From positions 177,017,102-177,081,101 of the forward strand of contig NC_068982.1 of NCBI RefSeq assembly GCF_001194135.2: 64,000 bases of DNA. The letters are read 5' to 3'. Both the position numbers and the translations under genes were made by a program. Shown here one piece after another: positions 53,751 to 64,000 of this stretch (position 1 is the first letter of the stretch; each line of letters begins with the position of its first letter). A model generated the notes under the pieces. The model was not told where the DNA came from and ran no database searches. It saw only the letters and a program-made list of their open reading frames with translations. Source of the stretch: Octopus bimaculoides (taxonomy: Eukaryota).

Positions 53751-55081
53751 ATGATTCGGTGTGCGAATCAGTGCATCAGACGAAAATACCTTCTAGTATC
53801 TCAACCTTACAGGTATCATCTAATTTTTTAATGTCTATAAGACTTTTGCCGCCCACCGTAACAAAACTTTCAATACAAATTACTCTGTTTTGTATCATCC
53901 AAATTTTATAATATGATATTCTATTGTCGAATAATGCAATATTGTAATATATTCGTCCAACAAATAGACGGATGTCATAGATTCTAAAAAATTAATATCT
54001 GATGATACCTTACTTCATAATATCAGCGCCTCCCTACTAACTTGTGCCAAATATCCAATGGTATTTTTATGTGATGGATTATAGATTTTTCTTAACGCAA
54101 TCATATATGCCCGTCGCTGTGAAATTCATTAGAACTAAAATAGAAAAAAACATTTTAGCATATGCTTCTTGAACGGAGGATTAGAACTTGATTTCAGAAA
54201 GTAAAATTTAGAAAAGAAGTTGTCCACAGTCGTTCCAGCATCTTTTCTAAATCTTATGAAATTCATTTTATTTGTGTCTGATAAAAATCAAATATTTTTT
54301 TAACAGCATCGTTGGTTTGGAAAAATCAGACGAGCATGGGACAATTTGCAACGATAATTTTTTATCTCCGAGTGGACTATATATCAATGATTGCTAAGAG
54401 ATATATCCCTAGGCACTAAGATGGAGGAATACGAAATACAGATAGTCCGACTGTTATCGACTCACACACAAGTATATATTCTATCGAAGGGAAAAGAAAG
54501 GCTATATTTGCATAAAATCGAGTTCTATTATTTATTCCTCAGCCTATTCTTATATTCTTCAAGTCCTTCTTTCTAACCAACCATGGAGATAGTAATACAT
54601 TAGCATTTAATGATTAGTCTGACAAAATTTTTTAAAAAAAGAAAAAAATGCTTCGAAGTTCTCCATAATTTGTCAATACGATTCACATTTGCACCAAAAA
54701 TGTAGAAACCCTGCAGAATATTCTCTTAGAAATCAAAGTGAAATGAAATACAATAAATTAATCAAGACTCCTGTTTTTTATTAAAGCTTCTTAAACATCA
54801 ATTTATATGATAATGTTCTCCACACATGCAAATATTTGCATGTGTGGAGGAAATGTAAATTTCTGTACAGATGCGCATTTATGTGACAGGCTTACATTAC
54901 TAATCAATAGTATCTTGAGCGTGCACATATTGTTTCTATTTAGTATAGTATAAAGATGGATTCAATGAATAAAATGTTGGATTCCAATTAAAACAATTAT
55001 GCAACATAAGTGAACCCTAAAATCCGTTAGTTTACAAAGGCTAAACTGAAGATTTCACTTTTATTCATTTATGCTATATAC

Positions 55082-55132
<51 letters not shown>

Positions 55133-55161
55133 TATGGCTATGTGCGTATATAGATAGATAA

Positions 55162-55200
<39 letters not shown>

Positions 55201-55327
55201 CGTTTCTTTTATTAGCCACACAGGGCTCAACAAAGATGGGACAAATACAATGAAGAGCTTGTCTTTTGGGGAAGGGGAAGGGAAAAAAAGTAGGTGGGTG
55301 TCGATCAAAGGGGATCGAGAAAAAAAG

Positions 55328-56331
<1,004 letters not shown>

Positions 56332-58212
56332 CTTGTGTGTATGTGTGTGTTTCCGGAAAATTTTAATCAAAGGGTAATGATCACCCTTTAACCTTTACAA
56401 AATAGGTCATTTGTCTTAGTTGTTGAGTCGTGGTATAGAAACAGGAAACACGTTTTTCTTAAGCTTTTTTGCCTTCAAAGCGTTAAAAGCGTTTTCTGTA
56501 ATCTGCGTGAGCACTTGTGAATTTATCTTTCACAGGACAGTTTTTTATGATTAAAGGACTATGTAAAAGTAGGTATTCGTATAGAGTACCATAATCACTT
56601 TCATTCGTTGAATTTTTCCTATCTTCGTATTCGTATACAGTTTCCTGCTGACGTAACTTATATCGAACAAGTTGTGAACATTAGGCTAAACAGCGAAATT
56701 AGAACGAAATAACCTTGATTCAACACTTACCTTAACTACTTATAATTCTACACTGCATCTGCAAACTGACATTTATTTACTTCTCGGCCAGACGCATCGG
56801 ACATTACCGACTCAAGAATTTTATTTTAGCACTTGTTCAATACCACTTAGGTACGCCCAACTCACTCGTCTTTCCAACTCTCACCTCTCTTTTGCGTCTA
56901 ACGGCCTGAACTTGCACCCAGCATTATGAATTCTTCCTTTTTAGATCTTCGGCCAGCTGGAATCTTCTCTTTGCTGATGTCTTTGTTGTAGGTGTTTCGT
57001 TGCAACAGTATAAACAAAATATTAACGGCATTACTCGAACTAGTTTTGGAAGACCTACAAATGGCCATATCGTTAATTGATTCTTCCTCCAAAGACTGTG
57101 ATTAAAAAAGAAAATGTCTATAACACGTTAGTTCGGCTACCTGCGGTTTCACTGCCATATGTTTATTTAAGATTTTCATACATTCGTCGAAGAAAAAATA
57201 TTGACTAAGTAATTTTAAAATTATTCTTCATTTTTGTTTTCATCACTTTCTTTCCCGTAGTATTAATGTTTAAGATAATAATAGACATACACAGTTGCAA
57301 TATTGTGTCGAACAGTTAATTAGCGTGGTGATGTGAGTTGTAGTCCAGTAAGGTTACAATTTGATTCATTGATACATTCATTGTTGTTAATATGTAGCCT
57401 CAGACAAATCAGTCTTACGATTAAGGGATTTCCAGCCATAGAATTTCCATGTTTAAATGCATCATTTGGTGTATCATATCTTTTATTATCTGACGTATCA
57501 CTTACCTTATCAAAAGGATAGATATGGTACAAGGGAAATTCGACTGCTATTGCAAACAAGACGTGTGACCACACTGAATCTCCGTCGTTATGTAGTGATT
57601 TCTATTTATGTTAGTTACGAAAATAATTCATTTAATTGTTTTCCAAAATTAACTGAAGAGTTAGCATATTGCAAAAGAATGGATGCTCTATTAGTACTTT
57701 TTCGCAATATATCAGGCCTCTCATTACTTAATAGACAATGGAAGGCCCTCCTCTCAATGAAGTAAATTTGGCCTCGTTTGTGATCAGTTGTATCAGTGAG
57801 GACTCAGCTGTAGAAAGGTTGAAGTATCTGAAAATATGATTAATATAATAATACTTGGATGGTAACATACTCAGAGGTTCATAAAAATAATTATATTGCA
57901 AATAAGTGTAACTACTATTACGTAGAAGTATATTCCATTAAATTTTCTCGTGGGCGATGGTACAGTGTAATTATGATGCAGTGAAATTATGATTTCACGG
58001 TATCATAATTACGATGTGATTCCTATGTTATTTGTCTGGATAATGAAGTATGATTTCTTTTAAATCTTCCCACCGGTGCCGTTGTAAGGTTTCAGCATCT
58101 GATTAAACAACACAGGGATCTGAACAATGGTATCCATACGCTGGATGATAAGTTTCTGCGTCAAAGAAGACTGCTATGCTAAAAGACAATATCATATTCC
58201 ACAGTAAATGGA

Positions 58213-58400
58213 TTGGGTTGTCCGGAAAGTTCGTGCCGATTTATAGTAGCTTACCTTTCGACTTATTTTCAAACATGTTTGAATCCATAAAATAGGATTT
58301 GACTACACCTCCATTTAGAGCACAGTTTAAGCTATCTTTTCGTGGAAGAACGTTTATGTTCCTATAACCTGTTTTAATACTGTAACCTTTTAAAATGGAC
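58213..58400 (+). mobile_element. Mariner 5' terminal fragment (TIR plus UTR)
   Basis: ttgggttgtccggaaagttcgtgccgattt resembles Hsmar1/MADE1-type TIRs; it ends at an ATG just before (AGT)n. Confidence 0.45.
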
Positions 58401-58427
58401 ATTAGGACCACCACCAGCAGCAGCAGC

Positions 58428-58482
<55 letters not shown>

Positions 58483-58483
<1 letters not shown>

Positions 58484-58690
58484 GTGGTATAAAGGCGTCG
58501 AGCTTCCAGAATATTTAGCGCCTCACAAAAATTACATACCATTATTTGTTCGAGGTCATTACGTCAGCTGTGCCGCTCATCCTCCTGGGGTCGATAAAAT
58601 GAAATGCCAATCAGTTACTTGCGTCGATGGCATCCACTAACTCACTCCGTTCAAAATTACTGGTCTTATATATAAATCAGAAACACTTAT
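58483..58690 (+). mobile_element. Degenerate tRNA-SINE, family A
   Basis: aaggcgtcgagcttccagaatatttagc..ctcatcctcctggggtcgataaaat..gcgtcgatggcatccactaac..caaaattactggtctt; preceded by (AGT)n. Confidence 0.6.
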
Positions 58691-59278
58691 AACTCATATT
58701 AATACTAAGCCGGTGCCGTATTCCTTTTCCTATTAATTCCACCAGGGTATTTACATGCATTTAGTGTTCGATGGCTACTTCAGACAGAAATATGATGTAA
58801 AACTCCCCAGAGCTAATGTTCTACTAATTTACACTATGTCGCAAACACTATTGATCATTAAAACATCTCCACCAATTCTCTCTACCTACTTAATATTTCC
58901 CTTAATTTTCTTACAAACTTTCTTTCTGAGGGCAACATTACCTCTTCCAATATATTTCATATCTGGTTTTTTTTTTCGTTTTTCTTGCCACACTTAAATA
59001 TTACGCAAACTACACAATATTTATTCAGCTAATCTCACATTCACTGTCATTCATAATATTCATCCCTTACATTATTTCATATAAATCCGTCTGCGGATAT
59101 GAGTATTTCTTCTTTTTTTTTTCCCCTTCACCGTTCTTCTTTTAAGTAGCCCTCTGCCTACATCTCGCTGTTCCCACCTCCTAACTCATTCCCTCTCTCC
59201 CCTCTCTCTCTCTCTCTCTCTCTTGTTTTTTATCTCTCTCTCTCTCTATCTATCTCTATCTCTCTCTATCTATCTATC

Positions 59279-59335
<57 letters not shown>

Positions 59336-59452
59336 GTCCCTCTCATCATCATCATCATTATCATCATTATCACCGTGAATTTCTGTCTAACTATATATAN
59401 NNNNNNNNNNNNNNNNNNNNNNNNNNNNNNNNNNNNNNNNNNNNNNNNNNNN

Positions 59453-59533
<81 letters not shown>

Positions 59534-60521
59534 GTGTGTGCGACTGTGTGGGTATACGTGTGTGGATGTGAGTGCGCATATGTAGAAATACATTTCATAT
59601 CTGGTATATAAGAGGAGCAGAAACAGACAATAAAAGGGTTTCATAGACCTGCAGACATTACACATTAGTAAATAAGTATAGGAAGAGGCAGACAGATAAA
59701 TAGATACGTTACATTACTTACAGACCGAGACTGGTAAAATGACTTCATTGGTTGACTACACTTTTTTGTTTCCTTTTATTTCTGTTTTCTTTAATCCTTC
59801 TGTCTTAATTTTTCCCTTTCACTTAGTTGAAATTATTTAATACTAGCATTAACATCTCTCAAATTCTTATTTACGGTATTTCTCTGCCTCCTATTTCTCT
59901 CTCCCTCGCTTACACACAGGACCCCCCCATCACTCACTCACACACACATACATTCAGTTTTTCTTTCTTTATTGCCTTAGATGCTGATGCTTGTTTTCCA
60001 TGCGTTCATCTCACTTTTTCTCATATGTCTTATTTTTTGTTTAAATCAATATTCTCGCTTCTTCCATCAGTCTCCCTAAACATTTCTTCCACTCACCCTA
60101 TTTCTATGACTTACAATTTATTTGTCTTCACCTTAATATTTCTCTATAATTTTTTCCTATCTTTCGCTATTTAATTCTCACTATAATTCATTTAACGTGA
60201 ATCTGTCGTGAGCAATATGATTTCGTAGCGACGAGCTACAGGGAAATTAATATAATGTTTCGGCCTCAGATCTTCCATTTTGAAATACTGTTATTGCGAG
60301 TCACCAACATTGATTTTCTTTACGCATTGAGCCAAAAATTACTGTTTATATGACTTCACACTTAGGTAATTATAGAACATTATGACTCTCTCTTGAATAT
60401 GTATATTATTTGACAAAGAGATAAACAGAAATACATAAATCAAAGACGTTCAAGAGCAGTAACTACCAATATCTCTCACAAACACATGTATACATACACA
60501 TATATGTGTGTGTATCTAAGC

Positions 60522-60568
<47 letters not shown>

Positions 60569-61102
60569 TGTGTGTATGTATGTATGTATGTATGTATACA
60601 CACACACATATATATATATATGTATCTATATGTGCATGAACTATGTATATATGTGTATATATGTATATATATAGATAACACTCACGCACACACATACACA
60701 CACATGTATGCATGAATAACAAATAACTGATAAGGAGAACAGAGATTGATATATGTATTTATATATATGTATATATACATATATATATGTTTGTATATCT
60801 CTCTATATTTATAACCCATACNNNNNNNNNNNNNNNNNNNNNNNNNNNNNNNNNNNNNNNNNNNNNNNNNNNNNNNNNNNNNNNNNNNNNNNNNNNNNNN
60901 NNNNNNNNNNNNNNNNNNNNNNNNNNNNNNNNNNNNNNNNNNNNNNNNNNNNNNNNNNNNNNNNNNNNNNNNNNNNNNNNNNNNNNNNNNNNNNNNNNNN
61001 NNNNNNNNNNNNNNNNNNNNNNNNNNNNNNNNNNNNNNNNNNNNNNNNNNNNNNNNNNNNNNNNNNNNNNNNNNNNNNNNNNNNNNNNNNNNNNNNNNNN
61101 NN

Positions 61103-61512
61103 CATACACAGCCGCATACACATGCACACACACATACACACAGGAGTGCACACACAAAATAACACACATACCTGGCACACATCCTTGCGCTCTCACACAC
61201 ATACGCACGCACACACACATAAACACACACATACACATACACACGCCCATAAACACACACATACACATACACACACGCACACACACCTCTCACATACACA
61301 AACACACACATACACACACATACACGGACACACATACACATGCACACATGCACACACGTACACACACCTCTCACATACACAATACTCACTCACGCACGCA
61401 CGCACGAAAACATTCACAATATACACAGACACGCACGCACGCACAGACACGCACACAGACACGCACGCACAAAAAATATGCACACACGCGCACACACACG
61501 CACACGGACACA
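61103..61512. repeat. Degenerate (CA)-rich tract
   Basis: Direct inspection; accounts for the HT and CV ORFs. Confidence 0.9.
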
Positions 61513-61646
61513 CAATAAGTAAACAATACTATTTTATATTAGTTAGAAGGGTAGTGTTAAAGGAGGGAATAAGTTGGCGGTTAAAACAATACAACAAAAA
61601 TGAAATAATAATATAAAATAAAATAAGGAATATAAAATACTAAGAA

Positions 61647-63850
61647 GGTGGAGTCCTTCATCTAAGTCTAGTGTAGCATCTAAGATTGTTAATTTTTTAG
61701 ATGCTACACTAGACTTAACTCTAAGATTGTTAATTTTTTAGATGCTACACTAGACTTAACTCTAAGATTGTTAATTTTTTAGATGCTACACTAGACTTAG
61801 ATGAAGGACTCCACCACCCGTACAGGAAACCAGAAGAAACCACTAGTTACATTAACACGCTTTCCAATCACCTCCCCCCCCCTCTATAATTAACACAACT
61901 GTCCAGGCTGTTTCGGACAGACTAACTAAACTATCCTCGAATGAAAACATTTTCAAGGAACATGCCCATCATTACAATCAAGCCCTCTATAACGCTGGGT
62001 ACTCCCAGAGAATATCATTTGTTAATAAGTTTAATCATAAACCGCCTAAAGCACCAACCATGGACATAAACCCACCGTGTAATCGAATTAGGAAATATAG
62101 AATCAACCCCCTGGATGGTGCTATAGAAAATAAGTTGAACAGAAACAAAAGAACAGATATAACCAGTACGAATACTAATAGGCATAGGATCGAAAAGCAT
62201 AAAGAGAATAATCATACAGATATTAGCTCACGCGAAGAAAACCCTAACGATAGGAATAATAATAGAAATAGAATAATTTCTAAGCAAAGTAAAAATAAAT
62301 TACGCAACTACATATGGTATAAGATACCATACAATATAGCGGTCACAGGTAGATTATGTAAGAGGATATTCTCGATTATATCAAAGAACTTTCCACCCAC
62401 TCACAAATATAGCAGTATCTTTTCAACTAAAACTATTAGAATCTCATATTCAACCCTCCCTAATATGAAATGTATTATATCTAAACATAACAAAACCAAA
62501 ATAAAAAAAGCTAGATTAAGAATAATTAATAATTATCAGCCTAACACCGATAATCCTAGAACCTCCACTGATAGTATAAGAAATAACATTCCTGTAAATT
62601 ATAACATACCTAATAGTATTAATAATAATAATTGTAATGACGGCGACAGTATTGACCCACGTAACCATACCCAAATAAGAAATAGCACGACATTAGATGA
62701 ATCACTAAACCTAGACCCAACACAAAATAGCAGCACACCTTATAATCCTTCCGCATTAAATAATGACACTACCACTAATAATAGAATACCCAACTCAACC
62801 TTTAATAATAATCCTAATAATTATACCAGCCACGATTCTAATAATATTACTAATAGAAATAATACGTATAATACCAATGTTGACGGCAGAACGAATCGTG
62901 GTGATGTAACTTCGAACAACCCAAATAGAGGTAGCAGCAATAATTATAACAACAATGTAAGCGTAAACCCTAACCACCCGGGTACTGACATAGATAATAA
63001 TACTATAAGCAGCTACCCCACAAATGTAAGCACAAGACGACCTAACAATTATAAAATCGGTTGCAATTGTGTAACACCTTCGACGTGTCCCTTACGCGGA
63101 AACTGCTTAGCTAAAAACGTAATATACTCCTGCGAATTTATCACNNNNNNNNNNCGGAAACTGCTTAGCTAAAAACGTAATATACTCCTGCGAATTTATC
63201 ACGGAAACTAACACCCTCACCTACCTTGGATGCTCTTCATCTTGGAAATCTAGGTTTTATAACCACGGATCTTCGTTTAGACTCAGACATAAGGCTAACA
63301 ACACCATTACCTCGTAGAATTTGGGAGCTTAAGGACGACAAGATTAATTTTAACCTTAGATGGTCTATTGTGGGATCGGCCCCAACGTATAAAGATAATA
63401 GAACTGGTTGCCAGTTATGCTCCCTTGAACTGTTGAAAATTATTAAATTCCCCGATAAGAATAAGCTAGTTAATAAGAGGTCAGATTTCAAACCCTCCTG
63501 TATCCATAAAATGATGAAAACCTTTAGATATTATAACCCCTAAGTCCTCTCTTTTAGTTAGAAGCACTTCTAGACCTCTCATTAACTACTCCCACGTTAG
63601 ATCCTGCCTACCACAACTCAGACACCAAATTAACAAAGCCCGTACTCTACCCCTAACCTAACTATGTACCTTAATAATTTTGTTTACCCTTGAATAGCTG
63701 GATTAGGACCACATAATATACACACATTTTTAATAAACAGGATCCATAATCCCAAACCTATGGATATAGTTCCACCTTTCAGTCACTAACTCGAAACTCT
63801 CCAATGACACTACAATACACAAAAATAACACGAAATAACACTAATCAATA
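61647..63850 (+). mobile_element. 5'-truncated Penelope-like element: RT C-terminus, long Asn-rich linker, GIY-YIG
   Basis: IVNFLDATLDL..PYRKP..SYINTLSNH, YNQALYNAGY, RNYIWYKIPYN, FSTKTIRISYSTLPNM, CNC..STCPLRGNCLAKNVIYSC..TYLG..WKSRFYNH, RIWELK..NLRWSI..CQLCSLE..LVNKRSD. Frameshifts at the poly-C near 61875 and near 63315. Confidence 0.92.
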
Positions 63851-64000
63851 CTTTTTCTATAGGTTTTACTTTTATTTTCTTTATTCGATTATTTTTACAT
63901 TTTTATTTTTTATCTTATTTTTTATTTTTTACTTTATTTTTTTACTTTATTTTTATATTTGTATGTATATTCTTTTACTTATATATATATATATATATAT

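Noticed and set aside
54310-54420. EHGTICNDNF, resembling an SRCR WGT.CDD motif after an acceptor-like site
   Set aside because: The flanking residues do not fit SRCR, and the frame ends in a stop with no donor.
63096-63203. About 48-bp duplication (cggaaactgc...tttatcac) around a 10-N gap
   Set aside because: Same contig-overlap artefact; merging restores the PLE reading frame.

Overview
AT-rich, repeat-dense eukaryotic DNA from a gappy draft assembly (about 10 large N-gaps plus several 10-N gaps). The SINE and microsatellite repertoire looks like an octopod cephalopod; this is recognition from memory, with no search run. I found no convincing host protein-coding gene, and most ORF-track entries are microsatellite or gap artefacts. 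The window reads as intronic or intergenic DNA packed with decayed transposons. DNA transposons: three mariner-type transposase copies (one full-length with both TIRs) plus a mariner 5' end, a Tc1, a Chapaev3 (RAG1/Transib-related) element with a nested TTAA MITE, and an internally deleted Helitron. Retroelements: a CR1-like RT fragment, several R4/Dong-type restriction-like-endonuclease (RLE) retrotransposon ends, several Penelope-like element (PLE) pieces and two tRNA-SINE families. The most interesting signals are: a near-intact type I hammerhead ribozyme (41283-41355, minus) with other hammerhead remnants, PLE copies with inverted or fold-back ends, RLE elements embedded in specific microsatellites ((TAA)n and (CATA)n), and three unexplained palindromes (241 bp, 82 bp, and a perfect 32-bp double-octamer).
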